Below, piece by piece: positions 25,372 to 39,367 of a DNA stretch of 64,000 bases; the first letter of the stretch is position 1; each line of letters starts with the position of its first letter. The translations under genes were made by a program, and so were the position numbers. The notes under the pieces were generated by a model. That model made no database searches. It saw only the letters and a program-made list of their open reading frames with translations, and was not told where the DNA came from. Origin of the DNA: Camelus ferus (taxonomy: Eukaryota); the NCBI RefSeq assembly GCF_009834535.1, contig NC_045697.1, forward strand, positions 29,328,001 through 29,392,000. Direction: 5' to 3'.

Positions 25372-25899
25372 TGTAGTCAGGGGTCCCCAAGACCACCCTT
25401 AGGTTCAGTGATTCACTAGGAGAATTCGTAGAACTCAGCAAAGCTGTTATACTCATGGTTACAGTTTATTGCAATGAATGGATAAAGATTAAGATCAGCA
25501 CCCACAAAAAGGTGCATAGGTCCAGGAGAGAACAAGTACAAGCTTCCTGTTGCTCTTTCCCAATGGAGGCTTATGAACAGTGCTTAATTTTCCCAGCGAC
25601 AATGTGTGACATGAATGAAATACTGCCAACTTGAAAAGCTTACCCAGGCCTTGTCCAGGATTTTTATTGGGGGTGTTAGTCATATAGGCAAGGAGCACCC
25701 TCATGGATGACCTTACTCAATCTAGAAGTCAAGCTTATATTGTGTGGCCCAAGGCCCCAGGTAAACAAAGGTAGTTTGATTAGCAAGGTATTCCAAGGGC
25801 TTAGAAGTTCTCTCCCAGCAGCCTGTCAAGGGCCAAACATTTCTTTGCAATGGGCAGGGTTTGGCTACCAGGCCTGCTTAGTTAATCCTTGATTCCACA
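25372..25899. mobile_element. ERVL-class solo LTR (MER21/MER77-like) in an NSUN7 intron
   Basis: TG...CA ends, 'ggggtccccaagaccaccc...aagctgttatactcatggttacagtttatt', and near-perfect 5-bp TSD gtcat/gtgat. Confidence 0.75.
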
Positions 25900-26432
25900 G
25901 TGATTCATCAGGAAAATGATCCAAATCAATAACCTCTTAAGCTCTAGCTATCACCTAGGTGGTTAAAGCAATTCTCTTGAATGAGAGTAATAGCTTATAT
26001 TTGCACAGCTCTTTGTAATTCACAAAACTATTTATGTCATTTGATACACAAGTCCTTTAGATGGAAGATCCTCATTTTGCAGAAGGAAAAGTTGAGAGAA
26101 GCTCAAGAAGAGATTATATGAAGTACCTGTGGAACCAAGCAGGAAGAAGGATAAAAAGTATTTCATCTAGTTGAAAGTGTGGTAGAATAGCAACCCTAAT
26201 TCTAGTTTTTTTGTGGTTCCACATTGTTTTTTTTTTTTTTTTTTCTTCACATTGTTTTGGTAATGCCTGGTTCTCTGCCCTGTTACCTACTTCTCACAAA
26301 TATTCTTTCAAAAATGTTGGTGCCATTCTTACTAGTTTTCCTGGAAAGACTTAAAATAATGTTGTCAAGTTTCCCTCTTGCCACAGATTAAAAAAAACAC
26401 CATGTACCTATATTTATAAGAGGGCCTTGGCA

Positions 26433-29092
26433 TTTTTTTTTAATTGAAGTATAGTTGATTTACAATATTGTATTAGTTTCAAGTGTTCAGCAAAGTGATT
26501 CAGTTATTTTTTTTGGATTACATTCCATAATAGGTTATGACAAGATATTGAATATAATTCCTGTGCTATACAGTAAATCCTTGTTGCTTATCTGTTTCAT
26601 ATGTGGAAGTTTGTATCTGTTAATCCCATATTCCTGATTTGCCTCTCTCTTCTTCCCTTTGATAACCATAAGTTTGTTTTCTGTCTGTGAGTCTGTTTCT
26701 GTTTTGTATATAGATTCATTTGTATTATTTTTTTAGAGTCCATATGTAAGTGATATCATATAGTATTTGTCTGTCTTTGTGTAGTTTCACTAAATATAAT
26801 ATTCTCTGTGTCCATCCATGTTGCTGCAAATGGCAGTATTTCATTCTTTTTTATGGCTGAGTAATATTTCATTGTGTGTATATGTGTGTATATATATATT
26901 TAAAATATCTTCTTAAGTCAGTTGTCTGTTGATGGGCACTTGGGTTGTTTCCATGTCTTGGCTATAAATAGTGCTTCTGTGACACTGGAGTGCATGTATC
27001 TTTCAAATGAGAGTTTCTGTCTTTTCCGGATATACACCCAGGAGTAGGATTGCTGGATCATATGGTAAGTCTGTTTTTGGTTTTTTAAGGAATTTCCAAC
27101 TATTTTCCATAGTGGCTATACCAATTTACATTCCCACCAACAGTGTAGGAGGATTCCCTTTTCTCCACACCCTCTCCAGCCCTTATCATTTGTGGACTTT
27201 TTGAGGACAGCCATTCTGACTGGTGTGAGGTGATACCTCATTGTGGTTTCAATTTGCGTTTGTCTAATAATTAGCAATGTTGAGCATCTTTTTGTGTACC
27301 TGTTGGCTATTTTATATGTCTTCTTTGGAGAAATGTATATTTAGATCTTATGCCCTTTTTTTGGTTAGGTTTTTTTTTTTTTTGATATTGAGTTGTATAA
27401 ACTGTTTGTATAATTTAGATATTAATCCCTTGTCTGTTGCATCATTTGCAAATGTTTTCTCCCATTCCATAGATCGTCTTTTTGTTTTGCTGATGGTTTC
27501 CTATGCTGTGCAAAACCTTTTAATAAGTTTGGTTAGGTCTCATTTCTTTATTTTTGCTTTTATTTCTTTTGCCTTGGGAGACTGATCTAAGAAAATAACA
27601 CTACGATTTATGTCTAAGAATATTTTGCCTGTGTTCTCTTCTAGGAGTTTTATGGTGTCATGTCTTATAGTTAGGTTTTTAATCCATTTTGAGTTTGTTT
27701 TTGTAAACAGTGCTAGGGAATATTCTAATTTCATTCTTTTACATGTAGCTGTCCAGTTTTCCCAGTTATTGAAGAGACTGTCCTTTCTCCATTGTATAGT
27801 CTTGCTTCCTTTGTCATAGATTAATTGACCATATTTGCTTGGGTTTATTAATAGGCTTTCTATTCTGTTCTGTTGATTTATATATCTGTTTTTGTGCCAA
27901 TACCACACTTTTGATTACTGTAATTTTACAGTATAGTCTAAAGTCTAGAAGGGTTATGCTTTCAGCTTTGTTCTTTTTCCTTAGGATTGCTTTGGCAATT
28001 TTGGCTCCTTTGTGGTTCCATGAAAACTTCAGGATTATTTGTTCTAGTTTTGGGAAAAATATCATGGATATTTTGGTAGGGATTGCTTTAAATCCATAGA
28101 TTGCTTTGTGTAGTATGGCCGTTTTTATAGTATTAATTCTTCTAATCCAGGATTCCATTTTTTTGAATCATCTTCAGTTTCCTTTATCAATGTTTTATAG
28201 TTTTCATTATATAGATTTTTCACCTCCTTGGTTAAATGTATTCCTAGGTATTTTATTTTTTGATGAAATTTTAAACAGGATTGCTTTTTTATTTTTCCCT
28301 TTCTGATATTTCATTGCTAGTATAAAGTAATGCAACAGATTTGTGTTTATTAATCTTGTATCTTACTACCTTGCTGAATTCATTTGTTAATTCTAATAGT
28401 TCTTGTGTGAAGACTTTAGGGCTCTCTATATAGCATATCATGTCATCTGCAAATATGACAATTTTACCTCTTTTCCTCCAGTTTGGATACCTTTTATTTC
28501 TTTTTCTCATCTGATTGTTGTGACTAGGACTTCCAATATTCTGTTGAATAGAAGTGGTGAGAGTGAGTATCCTTGTCATGTTCCTGAATTTAAGTGAGAG
28601 GGCTTTCTGCCTTTCACCATTGAATATTATGTTGGCTGTGGGTTTGTCATAAATAGCTTTTATTATGTTGGTATGTGTTCTCTCTATACCTACTTTGGTG
28701 AGAGTTTTTTCGTAAATGTTGAATTTTGTCAAATGCTTTTTCTGCATCTATTGAGATGATCATGTGTTTTTTGGCCTTTTGTTGATGCGGTGTATCACAC
28801 TGATTTGTATATGTTGAACCATCCTTGCAACCCTGGAAATGAATTCAACATGATCATTCTGTATGATCTTTTTATGTATTGTTGGATTTGTTCTGCTGGT
28901 ATTTTGTTAAGGATTTTTGCATCTGTATTTATCAAAGGTATTGGCCTGTAATTTTCCTTCATGGTAGTGTCTTTGTTTTTGGTATCAGGGTGAGGGTGGC
29001 TTCAGAGAATGAATTTGGGAGTGTTTTCTCCTCTTCAGTTTTTTGGAATAGTTTGAGAAGGATAGGTATAACTTTTTCTCTGTATGTTTGGT
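26433..29092 (-). mobile_element. 5'-truncated LINE-1, antisense in an NSUN7 intron
   Basis: Poly-T at 26433, a 3' UTR, and fragmented ORF2 frames on the - strand (FADD in 28289-28747, WYWHKNR, LPNSFSEATLTLIPK). Confidence 0.93.
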
Positions 29093-29184
29093 GGTTTAAG
29101 TATTTTATGCTATTGTCTGAAGTGTATTTTGATTCCATTTCAGCTTTGATATTTTCAATAACAGACATTTTCCTTGTCTTACAG

Positions 29185-29243
29185 ATCAAGATATTTTAGA
29201 AAGTATATTAATAGACAGCTATATCTTCCCAAGTACCACAATA
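29185..29243 (+). CDS. NSUN7: NSUN7 coding exon 2
   Basis: ttacag|AT...ATA|gtaagt; (Y)QDILESILIDSYIFPSTTI; 59 nt, phase consistent. Confidence 0.95.
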
Positions 29244-29623
29244 GTAAGTAAACAACTTTCATATAATTAGCTGTCTCATGGTTGTTATTTAGAAAGTATT
29301 AAAAAGCCTTCAGATTTAAATAACTAGTTTGCTTAATGCTGAGTCCTCTTCAAAATAAATCCTTAACTTTTTCCTACTCTGAGGTTTCTAACATAGAACC
29401 TACTCCTTTCATTTTGAAAAACATCCCCCCAATTATTTTTTTTGAAACGTTTATTTTTTTTCACTAAATTTTTTTCTATTTTGAAGTCCTTTTCTGTCTC
29501 CCATTTCAAATAGGCATTAAAAATAGTCATATTCCTGCTCTCTTATGAAAAATAATGGAATGGAAAATATTGCTATTAGATATTGTTTGTATACCTTTCT
29601 TTATTTGTGTTTCCCTTTGGTAG

Positions 29624-29754
29624 CCAGATCATTTGAACGGTCTTATCATTGTGATGCTGTATGATTTCCAAGATAGAAAATTTCAAGGTCGTCTCCTTTC
29701 TGATAATGAAGAGTCCATAGCGGAAGTTCTAGAAGTAGAGAACCTTCTTAACAG
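29624..29754 (+). CDS. NSUN7: NSUN7 coding exon 3
   Basis: ggtag|CCA...AG|gtaatg; PDHLNGLIIVMLYDFQDRKF...VENLLN; 131 nt. Confidence 0.95.
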
Positions 29755-32700
29755 GTAATGGTAAAGGTGAAAAGGATGTTTTCTGTGCAATTGTTATTGG
29801 TATTTTTATTGATGAATTTGTATGCAATATAATGTGTAGATAAGTGTTAAAATTTTATAGAGTAAAGATATAAAAGCTTGTAAGTTTCTTGAGTGCCTTC
29901 ACAAATAGTCTTGAACAGGCTAAATATTCTGCTTAAAATCAAGTTGTTTTTGAAAGCTTGAATTGCAAGATCCAACTTGTAAGTATTTGGAAAATCTTGA
30001 AAAATTCCCAATAATATTTATTACATATATAAATTACACTTTACTTGAAACAGCCAGGAAAGCCACAGGGCTTTAACCAAGTAAAAAAGACCAGTCTGTG
30101 GTTTCATCAACAGCAGATTTTTAGCTGAGAATGCTAGCAAGGTGGGTAGGAAATATGGCAAGGAAAGGCCATGGCTCAGGAGGCCAGAGGAACCAGAAGA
30201 TGTTACTGCCCTAAGGTTCCTGATTCCCCAGATTTTTCCCTTTCCCCATGATAGACACCATGTCACCGCCTACACATAGCTGGTTACATTTTTGTCAATG
30301 CAATAGTTTTTCCTCTACCCAAACCAATAGAGGTTCATATAATGTAGATCTTATTCCCATATTAATGAGTTGTGTTATATCCAATTCATACTATACTCAA
30401 TTTATAATATGCTATATGAAAAATGTGTGTGTTTAGTGATTGAATTGCAGAGAATAGTAGCACAGTATACTTAAATAAAGATGACACTGAGAAAATCCAT
30501 GTTTAAGAAATAATGCTGAGAAAATACATGTTTAAAGATAACACCAGAGGGTTTTAATCAAGAGTCTTAGCTTTCAAATAGCAGAAGCTATCTTCAGTTA
30601 GCCTGAGCGAAAATGGAAAATGTCCCTGTAAAGATACTGGGATGTCTCATGCAACATAAAGACTCCAGAAGAGGATGAAATCAGGAAATGGAAAGATGTC
30701 AGGACTATCTCTGCTTCTTTGTTTATCTTTTTCATTCTGCTTCTTTCTTAGTATCTGCTTCATTCTCTTTTTCTCTGCAGATCTGCCTTCTCTGCTTTTC
30801 TAGTCTGCATGGAGAAAGCCCTACTGTTGTACCCCATTTCCTGAGCTTACTTGTTAAAATTGTATGTTAGTTCCATCACTTAGACTAACTTATTTTGTTA
30901 TCTCTGTACCGCAGTTCTAACCCCCTGGGAATTTGATTGACTCCATATGGATCAGGTACATTCTCTTGGGCCAATCTCCTGTAGCCAATAGAGTGGAATT
31001 CTGAACTCAGAATGTCGGAAGCCAACCTCTGTAGATGTTCTGGGGCTTGGGACTGGGCACTGTTGTCTCCAGGGAAGTAGAGTCATTGTAAGCTTGAAGT
31101 ATACTTTATTATGTTTCTCTGAGGGGATAAAGGGGATAAAGACTAATTTTAAGAGGTAATAGAAAAAGTAATTATTTAGCAAGAAATTGAGTGAGAATGA
31201 TTTTCTCCTAATGAAAATTGTATTTGATCTTTGTTGTTTTTGTCTCTACCAGAGTTCCTTGTGTTTTCTCACTCTATACACCAGCTGGTATCTTCTTCTC
31301 CATTTGTTCATGACTTCAACGATGTAACCCAAGATGACACTTACTATCATTCTGACATATGCAAGGTTTTTAAGAACTCAATACTTTATGACTAGGTTAA
31401 ATAAAAGGACTCCATAGCTCTTCCTTTCTCACTCCCCATGCCTCACACTAGCCCAAGAATCTGATTCTGCCAAATAGTTTGTTGGGCTTTGGTAAGGCAA
31501 AATAGCGAATGGGCAGTGAAAGACTAGAGAGGAAGCAAGAGAGGAAAAACTTGGTAGTCCATCCTCCCAAACCATCCAAAACTATTCACCCTAAAGTCTT
31601 CCACATTATAATTAAGGCACCACCAGCTACCTAGGTTTCATTTTTGATTCTTCTTTCCTAGCCTCCCTGGTCCCCATACCGTACCTAATACATCAAGTCC
31701 TGTAACTCCAATTGGAAAACATGCTGAATGTGTCTACTTGTTTCCATTCTCACTACTACTGTGCAAATCCAAGCCACTGTAATCTGTCACTTGGACCACT
31801 GCTATAGCTTCCTCATTGATTTCCCTGCCTATAACTCTTACTTTCCCACATCTGTTCCACATGGCAGATAGAGTGATATTTTTAAAATGTAGTTATATGG
31901 TCATGAGAGAGTATCTTGGATCAGACTTACCTTCTTTCTGTAAACAATCAGAAAACTGGACGAAATATATTAGGCAAAAATTTTGGACATTAGGCAAGAA
32001 GCAGCACTGAAACTTGATCCTTGAGAGAATGAAAACAAATGAGGTGAGCCCTGGAATAGTTCTGCTTTACACCTAGAGATAATTTCCAACTGCATTGCAG
32101 GAAGAGGAAAATTGTAGTCTTGCTAAGTTAAGAAAACAGAGATCAGAGTTTTGGAATAATCCTCTGAAATGATAATTTTTTTCTTCTTTATTCTAATAAT
32201 GTGGTAAGGTAATTTACATTGAATGACTTATGAATGTTAAACCAACCATGGATTTTGGGGATAAATCCTATTTGCTTGGATATATCCTTTTTCTTGTCTT
32301 TCCCAAATCTCTCATTCCCCATAATTAAAGTTAGGGACACTTCCCAAGGAAGTTAGATAAACAGAGGGAGGAAAAGGAACATTTTTCAGAAGAGGGGGAG
32401 TCTATTCCCAGAAAGGAAATGATGCTTAGAATATAAACCAGTAGGTTTCTACTATAACTGGAAACATTGAGAATAATGTGGTTTTTTTTTGCCATTATTT
32501 ATAGATATAAAGTTTCTTGGGACATTTGCAGGATGTTATCTTCCTTTAGAAACAGCATATACATTACTACTGGCAGGCAGGAGCTGCACCTGCGGCACTA
32601 ACAAGCCCGGGTGACCTGGTCTAATCAGGGATTGATGATTGGAAGCTGGGCTTCAGTCCTCACAAAGACCAGTTTGCTTTCTACTTTACTGGGGTTGTCT

Positions 32701-34774
32701 TTTGGTTACCTAGTCCAAAGCCTGGGAACTTTATCGGAGCCCCCCTGCCATAAATTTGGCATGCCCCAGATTTCCCTTTTTGTTCCCCTTGTCTCATAAA
32801 TTGTTGTGAGCTCTGCATACTTCTCAGCTTCTCAGGCACATATTTCAGAATTGGCAGATACTTTCATATATGATTCTCCTTCTACTTGGAACGCTGGACA
32901 GCTCTTCTTACATCTTTCCCTTACTCCTGGCTAACTCCCGTTTCTACCTTTATGGCTTGGCTTAAATGTAACTCCTGGGAAACTTACCTTAACTCCCATA
33001 GCAGTGCCCCTCCCTTGTGCCAACATAGCATTTTACCTTCCCTTGTCATTAGTACTTAGGACATTTTAAAATAATTGGTTTGTCTCCTCCTACCAGACTT
33101 TATACTTTTTGATGTCCAGAACAGCATCTAACTTGCTAACCTCTTTGTTTCTGGAACCTAAAACAGTGCCTGGAATATTGGAAGAATGCAAATATTTGTT
33201 CATATATTAATTAATATTTCTCTATCCTTGAAAGGTCTTCCATTTCCTGCAGAAAAAAAAATCTCACTTCCTATGCATGATATATAAATGATATATAAAT
33301 AGAGATATTTTGTGATTTGAGCCCTGGACTTCTTACCACCCTGTGCTCTGTAAATATGCTTTGCTGTTTAACATCTCCATTTATAGTGCTCTGTCCTCTG
33401 TCTGTCTTCTCTCCTCTTGTGGTCTAGAAAATTCTCGTTCCTCTTTTAATAGTTCATATTTCTCCTTCTCTCAGAAGTTTCTTTGGGTTGAATCTTCTTC
33501 TTCCAATACATTTACTCTCTTCTTTATGTATCTTATAACATTCATCATGTTGAGCTATAATTGTTTGTTTATATGTCTGTTTTATGACCAAATTATAAAT
33601 TACTTAAGGGAAGAAGCCATCTTTTAATCTTTATAGCCCAGGTCTTATCACAGTACTTGGTTAGTAGGAAAAGAATAAGCATATTAATTATTACCATTTC
33701 TTGTATAGCTTAACTTTGAATACATTTTCAAAAATATCTTCACAGTCTTTCTGTAAATTAGGTACTAATTCCTGGTTCCTACAGCTTAGAGGAACTAAAT
33801 AACTTATGTAAAATTACATAGCTACTAATTAGTGGAATCAGAATTTGAACCCAGGTAATCTGATTGCAGAATTCAAACCATACTGGCTGGAGAGACAGAG
33901 GAAAACCAAAGTACAGAGAGAGGAGAGTGGATGTGGCATGTTAGCAGGAGTGGCAAATAGCTCAGTGTGTGATTAGAGATAGATTTATGGGTGAGAGTGA
34001 TGGGGGAACTGAGGAAGGGAGAGTTGGTTCAGGTTAAATTATCAATATCCTTGTGTATCATGATAAAGAATTTAGATTCTGGCCTGTAGCTAATGGGTTC
34101 ATTTAAGATTTAAGCTTAGGAGTCATATAACTACAATTGAACATATAGAAAGAAAGCTCTGGCTGTATGGTTGAAAGAGATAATTAAGCAACTCTGTGTC
34201 ATAACATTCACATGGTAGCAGGAGATGGACTTCTTGATCAAGGATGTTGGGAAAGGCTATTTTTGCTTCATTTTCATCATTGCAGTCTGTCTTACAGCTA
34301 TGGAAGAAGTTCTTTTAGTAATCATAGGGTATTTAATTTACAGAAGTAAAGTGTCTTGTTATCCTAATTGCATTTGGATTTGGTCTTTGTCCTCAATCTG
34401 ATATTGTATGTTTACATAAAAATCTTTATAACTCTCTATATACTTTACATTACTTTTTGTATGATTAAATTATATTAAAATCTATAGTCCAAAATGTTTG
34501 TAATCTGGGATTTAGAAAATTATTTCTCCCTGTACTCCTTGCCTATACACAACATAAATATTTTCTGGCTTTATAACTCATTTAATGATTCAATAATTCA
34601 ATCAATAGCATTTGTTATGGTAAATTCAAACTATGTAGGTACTTGAAAGGACTGATTAATCAAAAATAGTCTGTTCTCAGAAACATCTCAGTGCGTAATA
34701 TAGAAAAGTAACTCACCCACTTTCTATTAGTTATTCTTTGATGTGCATTAATGTATTATATAATTAATTTTTAA

Positions 34775-36344
34775 AAATTTATTTTTCATTTGCTATTTTT
34801 AAGTTGAAGTTGATGTACAATACAGTATTACATAAGTTACAGATGTACAATGTAGTGATTCACAATTTTTAAAGGTTTTACTCCATTTATAGTTATTATA
34901 AAATATTGGCTGTATTTCTTGCATTGTACAATACATCCTTGTAGCTTATTTTATGCTGTTATAATAGTCTGCACTTCTTAATCCCCTACCCTTGTATTGC
35001 TCCTCCCCATTCCCTCTACCCCCGGTAACCACTAGTTTGTTCTTTAAATCTGTGAGTCTGTTCCTATTTTTTTTATTATATTCATTCATTTGTTGTATTT
35101 TTTTTAAGTTTTTTGGGGGAAGTAGGTAATAAGGTCTATTTATTTATTATTATTATTTTTAATGGAGGTATTGAAGGTTTAACCCAGGACCTCATGCATG
35201 CTAAGCATGCCCTCTACCACTTGAGCTGTATCCCCGCCACGTTGTAGTTTTTAGATTCCACATATAAGTGATATCATACAGTATTTGCCTTTCTGTCTGA
35301 CTTATCTCACTTAGCATAATACCCTCCAGGTCCATCCATGTTGTTGCAATTGCAAGATATTAATTCTTTTCTATGGCTGAGTAGTATTCCATTGTGTGTG
35401 TGTGTGTGTGTGTATAGCATACATATATATATACCACAACTTTATCCGTTCATCTGTTGATAGACACTTAGGTTGCTTCCATATCTTGGCAGTTATAAGT
35501 AATGCTACTGTGAACATTGAGGTGCATGTATCTTTTTGAATGAGTGTTTTTTTGTTTTTGTTTTTAATGTTACCCAGGAGTGTAATCCCTGGATCACATC
35601 GTGGTTCCATTTTTAGTTTTTTGAGGAATCTCCATACTATTTTCCACAGGGGCTGCACCAATTTACATTCTCACCAACAGTGTAGGGGGCTCCCTTTCCT
35701 CCATATCCTTGCCAACATTTATTATTTGTATTCTTTTTGATGATAGCCATTTGACAGATGTGAGGTAATATCTCATTGTGGTTTTGATTTGTGTTTCCCT
35801 GATGATTAGCGATGTTGAGCATCTTTTCATGTACCTGATGACCATCTGTTTGTCCTCTTTGGAGAAATGTCTATTCAATTCCTCTGCCCATTTTTTAATC
35901 AAGTTGTTTGTGTTTTTGATGTTGAGTTGTATGAGCTGTTTATATATTTTGGATATTAACCCCTGACAAAGGAGGCAAGAATATACATGGAGAAAAGACA
36001 GTCTCTTCAATAAGTGGTTCTGGGAAAACTGGACAGCTGCGTGTAAAAGAATGAAATTAGAACATTCTGTAACATCATATACAAAAATAAACTCAAAATG
36101 GATTAAAGACCTAAATGTAAGACTGGAAACCATAAAACTCCTAGAAGAAAACATAGGCAGAACACTCTGACATAAATTGTAGCAATATTTTTTTGGATAT
36201 GTCTCCTAAAGCAAAGGAAACAAAAGCAAAAATAAATGGGACCTAATTAAACTTAAAAAGCTTTTGCACAGCAAAGGAAACCATTAATAAAACTAAAAGA
36301 CAGTCCACTGGATGGGAGAAAATATTTGCAAATGATCTGACTGA
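34775..36344 (-). mobile_element. LINE-1 with 5' inversion (3' part antisense to 35963; inverted part 35964-36344 on +)
   Basis: L1 3' UTR and ORF2 C-terminus on the - strand, switching abruptly to + strand ORF2 (tgacaaaggaggcaag...atatttgcaaatgat) at 35964. Degenerate TSD tatataatt..tttttaa at 34757 and 36345. Confidence 0.9.
35103..35238 (-). mobile_element. Second Vic-1-type SINE nested in the L1 3' UTR
   Basis: The - strand reads ggcggggatacagctcaagtggtagagggcatgcttagcatgcatgaggtcctgggtt. TSD gttgtattttt (35092) / gttgtagtttt (35241). Confidence 0.87.
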
Positions 36345-36883
36345 TATATAATTGTTTTTAATGTAGCTCTGTGACATTAGGACATAGCACTACACAAATC
36401 TAATTCTATTATAGCCCTAGAAGGCTTAGTGTTTGGTGACTCTTCCCTATCTTTCCCAGGTGCCCCTGTGTTCTCATCCTCCCTCTCCCTCACCTTTCCC
36501 CCATCCCCATCCCTATCTCTGTCTATTTTATTAAGCTTTCTGCAGCCACACACACCACTCTCGAGGTACTTGACTTTTTTTGTGGCATCTTTTCGTCATT
36601 TCTCATTCAAGGTTATCCTTGAGGTTTATTATTCAATTAAATTCCTATTGTGAAAATGCTGTGAATATGGATCAAGACTAAGTTCTGTATTCTTATTTAT
36701 TAAAAATTTAGGTTATGAGATTAAAAAAAAATCATTGAGTCTTCGTATTATGCTATCCAGTTCTTGTTTTTCTTTTCTGTTATTTGGGACTTTGAGACAT
36801 GGAATAATCAGAACTGGGAAGGACTTGATACAGATTCTTATAAGTTCCTTAATCTTATCTAGACTGTACTGTTGCCACCTCTG

Positions 36884-37120
36884 ATAATAATAACTGGCCT
36901 ATATTGAGTGCCTGCCATGTGCCAGGCACTGTGCTAAGTATTTTACACACGTGGTAATCACCACATTAATAGCAAGGTACGTCGATCACACTTTACAAAT
37001 GAGAAAACTGAGGCTGATGAGAGATTCAGTACCATACCTGAGGTCACACAGCTAGTAAGTGACAGAGCCTGAATTTCACTCAAAATTTGTCTGACTCGAA
37101 ATCCTACACCTCTTTCACTG
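36884..37120 (-). mobile_element. MIR SINE
   Basis: 'tgtgccaggcactgtgctaag...tttacaaatgagaaaactgaggct...ggtcacacagctagtaagtg'. Further MIR copies lie at about 42360-42570, 43580-43830 and 44015-44250. Confidence 0.85.
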
Positions 37121-37391
37121 CATAAAATTTTTTCTCAACCAGCAATTGCTATAAATATCTGAGGAGATAATACAACTATACAGTGGTAGCAAAAACTGGA
37201 AAAAAGAAGCAGGATTATTGGATTTCTATTTTTAAATATGGCAAATTTTTATTTTAGACTTGAAAATTTTGAAATAGAATTATAAAAGTATTTGTTAAAA
37301 TTCTAAATCTAATTTGTTAATGTTTCTAGTGGAAAATTGATAGTCTTTTCTTCAATGCAGTAGTCACCAAGAATGGCTTTTCTCTCTCTAG

Positions 37392-37544
37392 TTTTAAGAC
37401 AAAATTGGCTGCGGCATTGGCAAGATGTCGGATCAAACATGATGCCCTTTCAATTTACCACATTCTTCCAGAAACCATTAGGAACCAGGAACTAAGGGCC
37501 TCTACTTTGCCGCTTTATGCTTGGATAAATACTTGTAAAATCAG
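37392..37544 (+). CDS. NSUN7: NSUN7 coding exon 4
   Basis: ctctag|T...AG|gtaaga; FKTKLAAALARCRIKHDALSIYHILPE...LPLYAWINTCKI; 153 nt. Confidence 0.96.
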
Positions 37545-37871
37545 GTAAGAGTTTTAATCAGATTCTTTATTTATATTTTAAGTCACTTGTCTTTCAAAAT
37601 AATGTGATAAGAAATATTACCTTTTTAATGGGTGGGGGAGTGATTGGAGAATCATAGTTTAGTTCAGGATCTTATCACCAGATTACCAGATTAATTACAT
37701 AAATATATTTTTTGTCTCTATTTTTTAACTTACTTTTGACTAAAATTATAAGTTCCATTAGATGCAATATATACAGTGATATTTTAATTTATTGTAGGGA
37801 GAAGATGTTAATGTTAAATACATTTTAATGTATTATATTTGTAATTACAACCTAATGTTGTATATTTACAG

Positions 37872-38055
37872 CCCTGAAGAAGTTTATCATAGTTTGAAGA
37901 AAAAAGGCTATAATAAAGTCGAATCTATATTGCATATTGATGACAAAGTCTTTGCTGTGGATCAACATTGCTATGATGTATTAATTTTTCCATCTCATCT
38001 TAAAAGTGATCTTCTAAATACAGATCTTTTCAAAGATTATAAACTTATATTTCAG
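37872..38055 (+). CDS. NSUN7: NSUN7 coding exon 5
   Basis: ttacag|C...CAG|gtaaac; PEEVYHSLKKKGY...LFKDYKLIFQ; 184 nt. Confidence 0.96.
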
Positions 38056-39156
38056 GTAAACTAACATTTTCTTTCATTGTGATTCTCAGTAATCTTACTT
38101 ACCCAAAGAATTCCTCCACTTAAAAATAAAACTTAACAAGTGAGTTATATTTTATATAAGTTATCAAGGAGGTTTATAAGGCCTAATTTTCACCTGAAAT
38201 AAAAATTAATGCCCCTACAATCAGTGTTCCTGTAATACTTTGGCATCCTTTCCCCATGTGAAGTGGCCATATGGTAAAAAAACATATTCTCCTTCCTAGA
38301 CTCCATAGATGGGGGAACTTTTATTGCCTGCAGCTGAAAGGCTATATTTTTGCCAAGGGAGAATTCAGGCGAAGGTACAATGATTCCTTTTCTTCCTTCC
38401 GTTTCTGGGGAACATGCTAGTGCCATCCTACATTTGACAATGCGATGTATAATACTTTCCCTGTATCTCTTTACTATTGTCTTAAAGCTTTGATTTGTAA
38501 GATGTGTGTAATGGCTATCATTGCAGGAAGAGAATGTGAGGTAGAATGTGGTTTCAGTAGAATGAAAAATAAAAGGTCATAGAAATTAGGTTAAGTTAGT
38601 TTTTATGTGTTTAGATTCCAATCCTTGCCTCAGATTCACTTTAGTCTTCTAAGGTTCATCCCTTCACTGCACCCACATTCTTGGGCAGAGTCTCTTGGCC
38701 TTATTTTGTAGTCACAGCCTGTTGAGCAGAGATCAATGTCTGTGTAGTCCCCTTTTATTAAGCTTATAAACCATCTTTTCATTTCTGTGAACTAGCAGCA
38801 ATTTAGATGATAATGTAATGGGAAAGGAAAAATGGCATTAGCAGATTGAGTGCATTTTCACAAAGGCTTAAGAATGGGAACTAAGGCAGGACATCAATAA
38901 TCTATTAATCACACTTTGGGGATTTTTGCTTTATCACTGTATAAAAGATAAATAATAATAGTCATAATTTAGGCTTAACAAAGTTAGGGTGTTGTTTTAA
39001 ATCAGTTTATATCATTTATCTTTGTTAACTTTATATTAAGATGTTTTAAACTCAGATGGTTTAGGTATCTAATACTTTTTTTTAACTCAAGGTAAAAAGT
39101 CAGTACGTGCTTCTCGTCAAACCCTTTGAAATCCTAATCATACCATTATCTTGTAG

Positions 39157-39367
39157 GACAAATCTCGAAGTCTCGCTGTCCATTCTGTAAAGGCTTTATT
39201 AAACATGGATGATGATATCTTAATGGTCAATACAGGTTCGTGGTACACGGTTGCCCATATGTCAGTCTTAACAAATAATAATACCTCAAAAATATTTGTG
39301 TGTGGAGTACAATCACAAGCTAAGGATCCTGACCTGAAGAACCTTTTCACAAAAATGGGATGTAAAA
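39157..39367 (+). CDS. NSUN7: NSUN7 coding exon 6
   Basis: ttgtag|GAC...A|gtatgt; DKSRSLAVHSVKALL...LFTKMGCK; 211 nt. Confidence 0.96.

Noticed and set aside
29621..29627. Tandem acceptor tagCCAG at NSUN7 coding exon 3
   Set aside because: The distal AG would shift the frame by 4 nt; the proximal AG gives the continuous protein.
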